Shown: positions 1 through 9,354 of the stretch, piece after piece
How positions within the stretch are numbered: the stretch's first letter is position 1
Layout: the number at the start of each line of letters is the position of its first letter
Assembly (NCBI GenBank): GCA_942491925.1
Contig: CALOCJ010000008.1
Span: forward strand, 91,006-155,005
Reading direction: 5' to 3'
Length of the DNA: 64,000 nucleotides
DNA from: Synechococcales cyanobacterium
Lineage (GTDB): Bacteria > Cyanobacteriota > Cyanobacteriia > PCC-6307 > Cyanobiaceae
Translations under genes and position numbers: made by a program
The notes under the pieces: model-generated
Told to the model about the DNA's origin: nothing
The model's database searches: none
Seen by the model: the letters and a program-made list of their open reading frames with translations, nothing else

Positions 1-1945
1 TGTAGTTGCACTGATCACCTGGACAGAAGATGGAGAATAAATCAACGATCTTGATCTTGCCCTGTTGGCGAAGTGACTGGAGGGCTTTATCGAGCTCACT
101 GCGGCGTTGAAGAGATTCGTTTCGATCGGGCATTGCGCAGGCCCCAGCTGGACCGCCAAAAGGAGAAAACCACTGTTTCATGGCGGTACTGGGTTCACAC
201 TGCGCTTCTCGTGCCAAGGGGTTTGCATGGAGAATCGCGAGCTGAATTCCCTTTTGAGCGAGCTGATCGGAAAATTGGGACAAGCTGTTCTTCAGACCGG
301 AAATCATCCGGCGAGATTCGTTCGTCTGTTTTTCGGGAAGATACCGATGAAGATCACTGACAAGAAGGACCCAATCACCTCGATTCAGTTGATTGATTAA
401 ATTGGGCACGATTCGCTTCCAATAGTCATCATTGGCCAGATTCCATGGCCCGTCGTTGCTGAGCCCGGCAACGGGTGAGGCACCCCAGGAAGAAGTGATC
501 GTCACTGCGTGGGAACCTTCATCTACCAATTCATCAAAAGCGTGACTGAACGCTGCTGCGTAGGAGTCTCCAGCCACCAGAATTCGACGTCTGGAATCTT
601 GAAGATCACCCAAGGTACATTGGTCGGCGGGAATATTCTTGCCAACTTCTGAATTATCAGCCAGGAGGCATGGCTTGCCTTCCCAGGACGTTTTGGATCC
701 TTGCGGGCGATGAGGATCCAGGAGGGTATCAACTCCGCGCGCAATCAATTGTGGAGACTGTCCTGTATAGAGAATATTGGATGGCAGGGCATTGACGATC
801 AGAAGGATGCAGGCTGTGCCGATCGATGCCCCAAAGCCGTAAGCAATGGTGTGCCATCGCTTCATTCCCCATGGGGCGTGCCTGAGGGGTTGTTCGACAA
901 AACGATAAGAGACAAGGGCCAGCGCCAGCATCAGGGCAAGCTGGAAAGGTGCCGACCACCAGTGGATGCCGATGGTCCACCGGCTGATGGAAAGCACACT
1001 CCAATGCCACAGGTACAGCGAATAGGAGATCAGGCCTATGAAAAGGACCGTTGAATTGGTGAGAATCCGGAAGATCATGGTGTCTTCCTTGACGGATGCA
1101 ATCAGCAGAATGGTGAGGAGAACAATCAGAACTGTGGCTGGAATGGCGTAGCTTTCAGGCAGGGTGAAAACCAAAGCCATGGCAAGGAAGACAGGCATGG
1201 CAGGTAGCCTTTGCCACCACTTGTCTCCTGGCGAAAAATTATGCCCCCCAGCGCTACGTTTCAATATCAAAAACAGCAAGCAACCGGCTCCCATCTCCCA
1301 GAGCCTGGAGGAAGTGAGAAAATAGGCTGCGGGCTGATTCTGCGGGTAAAGATACAGAAAGCCAAGCAGCGAGGCAATGGACAACACCAGAATGACCCAG
1401 AATAATCGATCCACTCCATGCCTGCTGAGGCGACTAAATCCTGTCACCCAGGTGATCACGGGAAACAGCAGGTAAAATTGTTCTTCAACTCCCAAGGACC
1501 AGGTGTGAATGAAAGGATTTAAATCTGTTGAAGTTGAGAAGTAATCCGTGGACTGGCTGTAAAGCTTTATATTCGACAGACCGAATAGCGCTCTCCATCC
1601 TATTCCCAGGTCCGGCCCTGGGGCGGGGTTGAACATGGAGATCGCGAGACTCGTGAGAGCCACGAACACAACCAACGCTGGAATGAGCCGTTTGATTCTT
1701 CTTGAGTAGAAAGTAAGCAAGAAGTCTCCAAAACCATTGAAGGATTTCTTGGACAAGGACGATGTAATGACAAAGCCGGAGATGACGAAAAAGATATCTA
1801 CACCCAGATAGCCGCTTGGTAGCAGCACTTTGTTGAAGTGATTGATGATGACAGCGATGACTGCGAATCCCCGTAGACCATCAATCTCAGGACGGTATTT
1901 CCCTACGTCCAACGATGTGTCCTGCCCACCGAGCTGGCTGCCCAT
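1..1945 (-). CDS. Acyltransferase-3 + SGNH domain O-acyltransferase (OafA/OatA-like); 3' end runs off the window
   Basis: Absent from the ORF track because it has no stop in the window. Manual translation from ATG 1945 is open to base 1: KYRPEIDGLRGFAV, GYLGVDIFFVISG, HTWSLGVEEQFY, ISYSLYLWHW, SGNH block LVAGDSYA. Confidence 0.92.
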   Translation of the reverse strand, partial: MGSQLGGQDTSLDVGKYRPEIDGLRGFAVIAVIINHFNKVLLPSGYLGVDIFFVISGFVITSSLSKKSFNGFGDFLLTFYSRRIKRLIPALVVFVALTSLAISMFNPAPGPDLGIGWRALFGLSNIKLYSQSTDYFSTSTDLNPFIHTWSLGVEEQFYLLFPVITWVTGFSRLSRHGVDRLFWVILVLSIASLLGFLYLYPQNQPAAYFLTSSRLWEMGAGCLLFLILKRSAGGHNFSPGDKWWQRLPAMPVFLAMALVFTLPESYAIPATVLIVLLTILLIASVKEDTMIFRILTNSTVLFIGLISYSLYLWHWSVLSISRWTIGIHWWSAPFQLALMLALALVSYRFVEQPLRHAPWGMKRWHTIAYGFGASIGTACILLIVNALPSNILYTGQSPQLIARGVDTLLDPHRPQGSKTSWEGKPCLLADNSEVGKNIPADQCTLGDLQDSRRRILVAGDSYAAAFSHAFDELVDEGSHAVTITSSWGASPVAGLSNDGPWNLANDDYWKRIVPNLINQLNRGDWVLLVSDLHRYLPEKQTNESRRMISGLKNSLSQFSDQLAQKGIQLAILHANPLAREAQCEPSTAMKQWFSPFGGPAGACAMPDRNESLQRRSELDKALQSLRQQGKIKIVDLFSIFCPGDQCNY

Positions 1946-1958
1946 TGACGTATCCAAG

Positions 1959-2381
1959 TTATCCATCCGCTGGGGAGATTGGCGCAGCTTTGAATGGAGT
2001 CCGGCTCAGGATCCACTCCTCCACCGGTCTGCCGCCGATCACGTGCTCGCGGACGATCCGCTCGATCCGCTCCGGCGTGACCCCGCCGTAGGTGATGCCG
2101 TCGGGCCAGATCAGCAGGATGGGGCCGTCGCGGCAGACCCGCAGACAATCGGCCTTGGTACGCAGCACGACTCCTTCGGAGCGGCAGGGTTGCTCCAGGT
2201 CGAGGTCCCGCAGCAGGGTTTTCAGCCGCTGCCAGCTGGCGGCCCCCAGGGCCGGATCGCCGCAGAGGGGCTTGGTGGGGGTGGCGCAGAGCAGCAGGTG
2301 GTACGCCACCCGTCGCCTTACGGAGTCAGCCCCGCTGGGTTCGGTCAACTCGAAGTCAGTCAGTTCGGAGTCAGGGACCAC
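1959..2381 (-). CDS. Thioredoxin-like [2Fe-2S] ferredoxin family protein
   Basis: HLLLCA...C and CLRVCRDGP..IWPDGITY..VTPERIERIV motifs; directly downstream of dxr. Confidence 0.85.
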   Translation of the reverse strand: MVPDSELTDFELTEPSGADSVRRRVAYHLLLCATPTKPLCGDPALGAASWQRLKTLLRDLDLEQPCRSEGVVLRTKADCLRVCRDGPILLIWPDGITYGGVTPERIERIVREHVIGGRPVEEWILSRTPFKAAPISPADG

Positions 2382-2383
2382 GA

Positions 2384-3622
2384 TCAGGCCGGCAGCAAGG
2401 GAGGAGGGGTGGTGGAGGCTTCCCGCACGGCAGCCCGGGCCCAGCTGTCCACCGCAAGAACGTCATCGAGGGATGGCGCCGCCATCAGATCGGCGGCATG
2501 ACGTTCGCAGACCGCTTCGATCAGCCGTGGGATAGCGAGAAAGGGGATCCGTCCTTCCAGGAACAGGGCCACCGCCTGCTCGTTGGCGGCATTCAACGCC
2601 GCGGGCATGGAGCCACCGGCCCGCCCGGCGGCGTAGGCCAGATTCATGCAGGGGTACTTGGCGTCGTCGGGCCTGCGGAAGCTGAGCTGGCCCACTTCGG
2701 CGAGATCGAGGCGCCGCCAGGGGGTTTCGATTCGTTCCGGCCAGCTGAGGCAGTAGAGCAGAGGCAACCGCATGTCGGGCCAGCCCAGTTGGGCCAGCAC
2801 CGAGGAATCGGCCAGTTCCACCATCGAATGAATGATGCTCTGGGGGTGGATGACAATCTCAATGGCGTCGTAGCCGAGCCCGAACAGATAGTGGGCCTCG
2901 ATCACTTCGAGGCCCTTGTTCATCAGGGTGGCGGAGTCCACGGTGATTTTGGGCCCCATGCTCCAGTTGGGGTGGTTGGTGGCGTCGGCCACGGTCGCCT
3001 TGGCCAGGTCGGCGGCGGGCCAGTCGCGGAAGGCGCCGCCGGAGGCGGTGAGCTGGATGCGTCGCAGGCCGGGGGTGGGAACACCGGTGGAGAGCCGGGC
3101 TGTATCGGCCCAGGGAGTGCCCTGCAGACACTGGAACAGGGCCGAGTGCTCCGAATCGGCGGGTAGCAGGCGGCTGCCGCTCTTCTTCAGTTCCGGCAGC
3201 ACCACCGGACCTGCGGCGATCAGGGTTTCCTTGTTGGCCAGGGCCAGGTCCTTGCCGGCACGGATCGCGGCCAGGGTGGGCAGCAGGCCGGCGCAGCCGA
3301 CGATCCCCGTGACCACCAGATCGGCGGTGCTCCAGGCGGCGGCGGCGCAGAGGCCGTCCATGCCGCCCAGCAGCTCAGGTGGATGGGCTGGTTGCCGGGC
3401 CGGATCGAGGGCGGCGAGACGGAGACGGAGTTCCGGCACCCGATCGGCATCGGCCAGGGCCACCACCTGGGGGGAATGGCGCAGGATCTGCTCGATCAGC
3501 AGGTCCAGATTGCGTCCGGCGGTCAGGGCCACCACCTGGAAGCGATCGGGAAATTCCTCGACGATGTCCAGGGTCTGGGTGCCGATCGATCCGGTCGAGC
3601 CGAGCACGGTGATGGCCTTCAC
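2384..3622 (-). CDS. dxr: 1-deoxy-D-xylulose-5-phosphate reductoisomerase
   Basis: [39 protein letters not shown]; likely start GTG 3622 (ORF track extends to 3727). Confidence 0.97.
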   Translation of the reverse strand: MKAITVLGSTGSIGTQTLDIVEEFPDRFQVVALTAGRNLDLLIEQILRHSPQVVALADADRVPELRLRLAALDPARQPAHPPELLGGMDGLCAAAAWSTADLVVTGIVGCAGLLPTLAAIRAGKDLALANKETLIAAGPVVLPELKKSGSRLLPADSEHSALFQCLQGTPWADTARLSTGVPTPGLRRIQLTASGGAFRDWPAADLAKATVADATNHPNWSMGPKITVDSATLMNKGLEVIEAHYLFGLGYDAIEIVIHPQSIIHSMVELADSSVLAQLGWPDMRLPLLYCLSWPERIETPWRRLDLAEVGQLSFRRPDDAKYPCMNLAYAAGRAGGSMPAALNAANEQAVALFLEGRIPFLAIPRLIEAVCERHAADLMAAPSLDDVLAVDSWARAAVREASTTPPPLLPA

Positions 3623-3806
3623 GGCAGGGTCCCCGCATGGTTCGTGGCCTGAGGATTGTCCCATCCCGGTCTTCGTCCCATGCAGGAGCCTCTTTTCTGA
3701 AGATCTGGAGCCCGCAGAACGCTTCATCCTGGAGAAATGCGCTGGTGGGCCTGATCCGAGCCGTTCCCATCCTCATTTTGTCGGACCTCAGCCATTCCCT
3801 CGGAAA

Positions 3807-4670
3807 CTAGTCCGGTTGGGTCTCCGCAAGGCGTGCAGCTTGTTCGCTGCTCGTCTTGTAGAAATATTTGTTTAATGAGCGAGCTTTATGATTGAGAAGA
3901 TAGGCCAAGGAAACCCTGTCTTCTAGAAACCATCTTTGGTCGTACTTTACCGATTTGCGATTGCGCATTAGAAAATCCTTGTTTCCCATGGCGATATGTG
4001 ATCTCTGATTCGAAAGATCGAAGGCTTCAATCTGGCTGATTCGGCTTTTCCGAAAAATCAAATTCATCTGTGCCAAGGGATCCAGGCAGAGGTGCTCGTA
4101 CAGATTTACAATCAGCTCCCTTGATGTTTGCGTAAGCTCGCTTAGAATCTTGCTGTTCTGAGCTGCCCAGTAGTTCATGCTCCTGTAGGCTGAAAAAAAA
4201 TCACGTCTTTGGCTTTTGCGTTGAAGTGAAGATGCAAAGCTTCGCGTATCTTTCACTGTAAAAATTGTAGAGAGATCATCCTCTGACAATCCTGTCCTGC
4301 CAATAGCCAGCGATAGGGCCGCATGGGCTTCGCTGGACTTGGAGGAGTCAGTCACTATCGTGTCATGGGGGTATCTGTCTTTAATGGTTAGCAATAGCTC
4401 TTCGTACTTTGCTTGAATTGGTGAGGATGAGTACAGACCGCAGAGATGCAGGATAGGAGACCAAAAGGTACAGTCTGACCAATCTTTGCCGCAGGAGCAC
4501 ATTCGTACATCTGAATAGCTTCCCCATCGCTTGTAATATTCTCTCATGTGGGAGGTCGAGAAGAAGGAGGCGATTTCTCCCAGGCTCAACACCTGCGGAT
4601 GGCTGCTCAGCAGCTGTTCGCTCAAGGTGGTGCCACTGTGTTCAAGGCCGGCTACGAAGAAGAATTTCAT
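3807..4670 (-). CDS. Sulfotransferase family protein (accessory, AT-richer)
   Basis: PAPS-binding P-loop AGLEHSGTT, SHP..LGE, CSCG..C.FW, DSSK; start ATG 4670 or 4739. Confidence 0.82.
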   Translation of the reverse strand: MKFFFVAGLEHSGTTLSEQLLSSHPQVLSLGEIASFFSTSHMREYYKRWGSYSDVRMCSCGKDWSDCTFWSPILHLCGLYSSSPIQAKYEELLLTIKDRYPHDTIVTDSSKSSEAHAALSLAIGRTGLSEDDLSTIFTVKDTRSFASSLQRKSQRRDFFSAYRSMNYWAAQNSKILSELTQTSRELIVNLYEHLCLDPLAQMNLIFRKSRISQIEAFDLSNQRSHIAMGNKDFLMRNRKSVKYDQRWFLEDRVSLAYLLNHKARSLNKYFYKTSSEQAARLAETQPD

Positions 4671-4857
4671 GGGTTTGGGGGGGGGGTGATGTTGGGAATC
4701 TCGGCCTATTAGATTTGTATGACGTATGTCTGATGCCATAAAAGCAGCGTTACAGTGCCAAAGTCTGCTTTGAAACTTTCCGCCTGCGTAGCAAATTTCG
4801 GATCAGGAAGCCTGCATCGATCGGCTTGGTTCCATGCTCGAGGCTCGATGGCTGGCT

Positions 4858-6096
4858 TCAAGGGTGGGACCCATTTCCTTGCTCGATTCTTTCAGTCCTC
4901 ACGATCCAGTCCCCCTGAACCACGAACCTCTCCCGAAACCGGCAAGGGATCGCTTGCTCGACCGAGTCCAGACCCAGGTCCCCCAGAGGCGTACGAGCCA
5001 GCACACCACCCAACAGTTTCGGCGCGATCACAGCGAAAATTTCCTGTACCGCCTCCTGCTTCAGGGCGGCCGCCGCCAGTTGGGGGCCGCATTCCCACAG
5101 CACTTGATTGCACCCCTTGTGGGCCAGGGCCTTCAGCAGGGCCTTCGGTTCGCAGGCCGACAGTTCGATCCGTTCGATCCCCTGGTCGTCCCATCGTGCC
5201 CGGGCTTTCATGGGTGCCTCTGGGCCATGGGCCACCAGGGTGGGAGCGGTGCGGGTGTTCCACAGCTTTGCTGCAACGGGTAGATCCAGGCTTCGACTCA
5301 TCACCACCCGCAGCGGCTCCGGCCTGCGCCTCCCCCGGCTGGTGAGCAGGGGGTCGTCGGCTCGCACGGTGCCACCCCCCACGATCACGGCGTCGCAGCG
5401 GGCCCTGAGCTCATGCACCCAGTCGCGCGCCAAGGGTCCGCTGATCCACTGGCTCTGGCCATTGGGCAGGGCTGTGCGCCCGTCCAGGCTCATGGCCCAC
5501 TTCAGAATCCCCAGCGGCCGGCCCGTGGTCACCCGATGCAGGAAGGCCCGATTCAGTTCCATGGCCCGCTCCTGAGCCACGCCTTCCACAACCTCGATGC
5601 CCGCCTGCCGCAGCCGGGCCAGGCCCTGGCCCCCCACCCGCGGATCTGGATCGGTCATGGCCACCACCACCCGGGTGATTCCCGCGCTCAGCACGGCTTC
5701 CGAGCAGGGGGGGGTCCGTCCCTGATGGCAACAGGGTTCCAGCGTCACCACCAACGTGCCACCCCGTGCCCGATCCCCCGCCTGCCCCAGGGCTCCCACC
5801 TCGGCGTGGGGCTCTCCAGCCCGCTCATGGAAGCCCTCCCCCACCAGCTGCCCCGCGGCATCGAGCACCACCGCTCCCACCATGGGGTTGGGGCTGGTGC
5901 GCCCGCGGGCCAGGGATGCCAGAGCGAGCGCCCGTTCCATCCAGGCTCGCCAATGCTCGGCTGCAGTCAACGACTCGCCTCCAGAGGATCGTTCATCGAA
6001 CCCGTCTCGAGCCCCCTGGATCACCACGGGTTCCCCCAGCCTGGGATCGGCTGGCCTCCCGCCACTCCGGCAGGCTGCGCCATTCGGCCACCACAT
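4858..6096 (-). CDS. ribD: Bifunctional riboflavin deaminase/reductase
   Basis: TSPNPMVGAV, HAE, TLEPCCHQGRTPPC, KWAMSLDG; true start probably downstream of 6096. Confidence 0.96.
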   Translation of the reverse strand: MWWPNGAACRSGGRPADPRLGEPVVIQGARDGFDERSSGGESLTAAEHWRAWMERALALASLARGRTSPNPMVGAVVLDAAGQLVGEGFHERAGEPHAEVGALGQAGDRARGGTLVVTLEPCCHQGRTPPCSEAVLSAGITRVVVAMTDPDPRVGGQGLARLRQAGIEVVEGVAQERAMELNRAFLHRVTTGRPLGILKWAMSLDGRTALPNGQSQWISGPLARDWVHELRARCDAVIVGGGTVRADDPLLTSRGRRRPEPLRVVMSRSLDLPVAAKLWNTRTAPTLVAHGPEAPMKARARWDDQGIERIELSACEPKALLKALAHKGCNQVLWECGPQLAAAALKQEAVQEIFAVIAPKLLGGVLARTPLGDLGLDSVEQAIPCRFRERFVVQGDWIVRTERIEQGNGSHP

Positions 6097-6583
6097 AGGG
6101 AGGAACGGGCAACTCCGTGAACACCCCAGGCAGCTCCAGCCGCAGCGGGCGGTTCTGGCTCAGGTCGGCCAGCAGGGGCTTCAGGTCGAATTCAGCGGCG
6201 GCATCGCGCCCATCAACGGAGAGTTTTTCCGATTCCAGGGTGACGTCAGCCAGCTCCCAGAGGAAGCGGCCGCTGCTCACCAAGAGAGGGGTGGGGTGAT
6301 CCAGCCGTACCCGGCCTGGATAACCCACGATCCGCAGCCGCAACGCTCCACCTGGCGATCCCTCCCGGTAGGCCACCACCTGCCAACTGCGGTAATCAAG
6401 ATCCCGCAGGCTCTCCAGACTGCGGACCACCCCGGTGGCCGTCATGGCATCCGGGTGGGCGTGAATGCGGGCGGCGGCAGGTGCCGGTGCGAACACCACC
6501 AGCATCACCAGGATCACCAGCGCCACCAGGGGGGGGGCCAGCTGCCCCACCAACCGATCCACCGGACCAGGAGGGGAATTCAT
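5993..6583 (-). CDS. DUF3122-like picocyanobacterial exported protein
   Basis: Signal-like N-terminus, RSLESLRDLDYRSWQVVAY, LRIVGYPG; typical ribD neighbour. Confidence 0.75.
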   Translation of the reverse strand: MNSPPGPVDRLVGQLAPPLVALVILVMLVVFAPAPAAARIHAHPDAMTATGVVRSLESLRDLDYRSWQVVAYREGSPGGALRLRIVGYPGRVRLDHPTPLLVSSGRFLWELADVTLESEKLSVDGRDAAAEFDLKPLLADLSQNRPLRLELPGVFTELPVPPYVVAEWRSLPEWREASRSQAGGTRGDPGGSRRVR

Positions 6584-9099
6584 GGTTGGCGCTCCGCTCC
6601 AGGAATCAGCTGCCAGTCGGTGTGGGTGGCCCAGAGGGCCCAGATCGCCATGGCCCTCAGGTAGTGGCAGGCGCGGAAGGTGTTCACCGCCGTGATGGCC
6701 TCGGGGGTGCGGAACTGCAGGCCACCTGCATAAATCTGCTCAACCACGGCTCCACAGATGGCCAGGGCGGTGTCGGTATCCCCCATCAATCGGTAATAGG
6801 CCGCCAGGCCGAAATTGATCCCGGTCCACACTTCCAGGGGATGGGTGCCGGCTGGATCGAGGGGGGTTCCGTCCCGCCGCAGACCATTGGCCACCCCCAG
6901 CCTCCCCCCCTCGAAGCTCAGGAAACAGGCCTCGCGGATCGCGGCCAGGGAAGAGTGTGCCCGCTCGTCAGCCACCACGGGGGGAAGTCCCAGCAAGCGG
7001 GCGTAGAAGTCGCCACACAGCTGGTCGGCCATCACCACCGGGGTGCCACTGTCGGCGTCCACCTTGTAGTACTCCCCGTTCCAGAGCAGGGGATCGAAGC
7101 TGGCGCGGGACTGCTCCAGCCAGGAGCCGAACTGGTGCTGTTCATTTCCCGTTTCCAGTCCCAGCCGCAGCTGCAGTTCCCGGGCCATGGCCAGCACCGC
7201 CTCCAGGGCGGCGATCCAGAGGGCACCGCAATAGGCGCTCACCCCCTGGAGGGGCCAGTCATCAAACGTCTGGTCGGGGGCACCACCGTTATCGGGCAAG
7301 CCATCGTCGTTCGCGTCGAATTGCTTCAGGTAGCGCAGCGCTTCGGTAGCCGCCGGCCAGCAGTCGGCCAGGAAGCGCAGGTCCTCCCCGTTGGGGGCAA
7401 GGCGGTAGGTGCGCCATACCTGCAGCACGAAATCGCTGGCCAGATCCTTCCAGAGATTGCAATCCTGATAAGCGGTGTAGTTCGTGGCGTCGAAGGGGCG
7501 CTCGTTCGGGGCACCCAGGTCGTGGGGAGTGGCGCCGGAGACCTTGCGGGGGGCTTCCACCCGGCCCCGACCCTGGGTGAAATACCAGCCGATCGGACGG
7601 GGGGTGGGATCTCCGGCAGGAATGGCCCGGGCAAAGCTGCGCAACACCGCCTTGTCGAGTTCCGGCCAGAGCTGCAGCAGAGCGAAGGAGCCATACAGGC
7701 GGACATCCAGACTCTCGTACCAGGAATAGTCAAAACACTCCAGCACCCCGAAGCGACCCACGGGGTCCTGATCCGTAGCGGCGGTCCAGAGGCTGCCACC
7801 GCTGGCGAGGTCATAGAGCTCGTTGAGCAGAGCCATGCGCAGCGGCTCGGGGAGATCGGAGCGAGCCTGAATCGGTGCTTGCCAGCTCTCGATCGCCTGC
7901 CTCCAGGTGGGCCAGTCCCGCAGGGCTTCGGCAGCGATCGTGGCGGCATTGTCACCCCCTGCCCCAAAGGCATCGGTGTAGCGACGCAGGGCGCGGCTGC
8001 CTGTGGCGAAGCTGGTCACCGGCAGATCCCAGCTGATCACCATCGGAATCTCCAGGCTGCAGCCGGGTTCGAGCCGACATCGCACCGCCAGGGCGGCGCT
8101 GCTGGCCTCATCGGGGCGGCTGCGCCTGTCGTTGTTGCTGTCGGGGATGGAGCCGTCCCTCTGGAAGGGGCCCCAGATTTCGGCGCCATCGCCACTGGGA
8201 TCCCAACGGCTGCATCGGAAGATCTCCACTCCGGAGGCGCTGGCGCTGAGGGCCGCTTCGTCTGGAACCGCAAGACACCACTGCCCCTGTCCCTCCTCCA
8301 GGGGGTCAGCGCGCTCCCCCTCCAGCAGCACTCCCTTCAGCCCCGGGGCATCGATCCAGAGGTTGCGCTGCCCCTGGCTGCGGCCGATCGCCGGCAGATA
8401 GTTGTGCTCGGGGCTGCCGTCATCGCGGAAATGGACCGTGGCGGCGGCATCGGTGTTGGTGAACCAGCCGCAGGTATTGCGCCAGCTGAGCAGCAGGGAA
8501 AGGTCGAGGGGGGATCGGGTGGGGTTGTGCAACCTCCAGCGGAAAACCACCACCGGGTAACTGCTGCGCAGGTAATCGCCCGGCAGGATCGGGCTGAACG
8601 CCTCGCAGCTCACATCGGCATCAAAGACACCGGCGTAATGAAAGCCGCTGATCGGGTAGTGGGCCGCAACGGTGCCCGTGGGCGTTTCTGTCGTACTGGC
8701 TGGATACCAGCTCCAGGCGGGCAGGGGCGAGCCGGCCTCCGGCCGGGAGTCATCCCGCTTCGGCTCGGTGGCCAGGGCCATGGCGCGGCTGGTGGCGCCG
8801 TTGTGCTCGAACAGGGCGAACTGGCAGTCGGGTAAGACGCCGAACCAGTGCTCCCCCCCATCCAGGTGCCAGAGATTGAAGCTGCCATCGGTGCCGCGAG
8901 CGATACAACCGGCGCCGAACCCCCCCAGGGGCGCCCCGTGCTGGGGGCCGTCATCGAGGTTGCTGGCATAGCGAACCGTGTAGGGATTCCGCCAGGGCAA
9001 ACCGAAGGGACGCTGCCAGCTGGCGGGGGGTGCCTGCCAGCCCTTTCTCCTCCTGCCTCGAAGGGTCTGGAGGGTGGAGGAGAGGCCGAAGGGCACCAT
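6580..9099 (-). CDS. GH116 family glycoside hydrolase (non-lysosomal glucosylceramidase-like)
   Basis: GAPLGGFGAG, LECFDY.WYESLDV, PHDLG.P, WKDL, DQTFDDW, EVWTG, TPEA motifs. Confidence 0.93.
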   Translation of the reverse strand: MVPFGLSSTLQTLRGRRRKGWQAPPASWQRPFGLPWRNPYTVRYASNLDDGPQHGAPLGGFGAGCIARGTDGSFNLWHLDGGEHWFGVLPDCQFALFEHNGATSRAMALATEPKRDDSRPEAGSPLPAWSWYPASTTETPTGTVAAHYPISGFHYAGVFDADVSCEAFSPILPGDYLRSSYPVVVFRWRLHNPTRSPLDLSLLLSWRNTCGWFTNTDAAATVHFRDDGSPEHNYLPAIGRSQGQRNLWIDAPGLKGVLLEGERADPLEEGQGQWCLAVPDEAALSASASGVEIFRCSRWDPSGDGAEIWGPFQRDGSIPDSNNDRRSRPDEASSAALAVRCRLEPGCSLEIPMVISWDLPVTSFATGSRALRRYTDAFGAGGDNAATIAAEALRDWPTWRQAIESWQAPIQARSDLPEPLRMALLNELYDLASGGSLWTAATDQDPVGRFGVLECFDYSWYESLDVRLYGSFALLQLWPELDKAVLRSFARAIPAGDPTPRPIGWYFTQGRGRVEAPRKVSGATPHDLGAPNERPFDATNYTAYQDCNLWKDLASDFVLQVWRTYRLAPNGEDLRFLADCWPAATEALRYLKQFDANDDGLPDNGGAPDQTFDDWPLQGVSAYCGALWIAALEAVLAMARELQLRLGLETGNEQHQFGSWLEQSRASFDPLLWNGEYYKVDADSGTPVVMADQLCGDFYARLLGLPPVVADERAHSSLAAIREACFLSFEGGRLGVANGLRRDGTPLDPAGTHPLEVWTGINFGLAAYYRLMGDTDTALAICGAVVEQIYAGGLQFRTPEAITAVNTFRACHYLRAMAIWALWATHTDWQLIPGAERQP

Positions 9100-9117
9100 C
9101 TGGAGGAAGAAAGTGCG

Positions 9118-9165
9118 ATCAGTGTGTCAGAAGTCCGAACCATCAGAGTGTCAGGAGCCAGAACA
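9118..9165. repeat. Two imperfect tandem 24-bp copies upstream of GH116
   Basis: atcagtgtgtcagaagtccgaacc / atcagagtgtcaggagccagaaca (19 of 24 identical). Confidence 0.55.
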
Positions 9166-9354
9166 GCACGGGATGGAGTGCCATGGCCCGCCCATCAAGA
9201 CCTCTGGGGATCGAAGACAATTAGATAGCGGTGTTGATCAACTCTGGTTTGTGTCGATGCGAATCACAGGCATAGATCACGAATGACAGGAGAAATGAGA
9301 TGGACACTATTTTGATCGGTGATGTTATGGTTACAGCCCATTCCACGCGGCTGA

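Noticed and set aside
73-1405. Short ORFs listed in the first 1.4 kb
   Set aside because: They overlap the minus-strand acyltransferase, which is open to base 1
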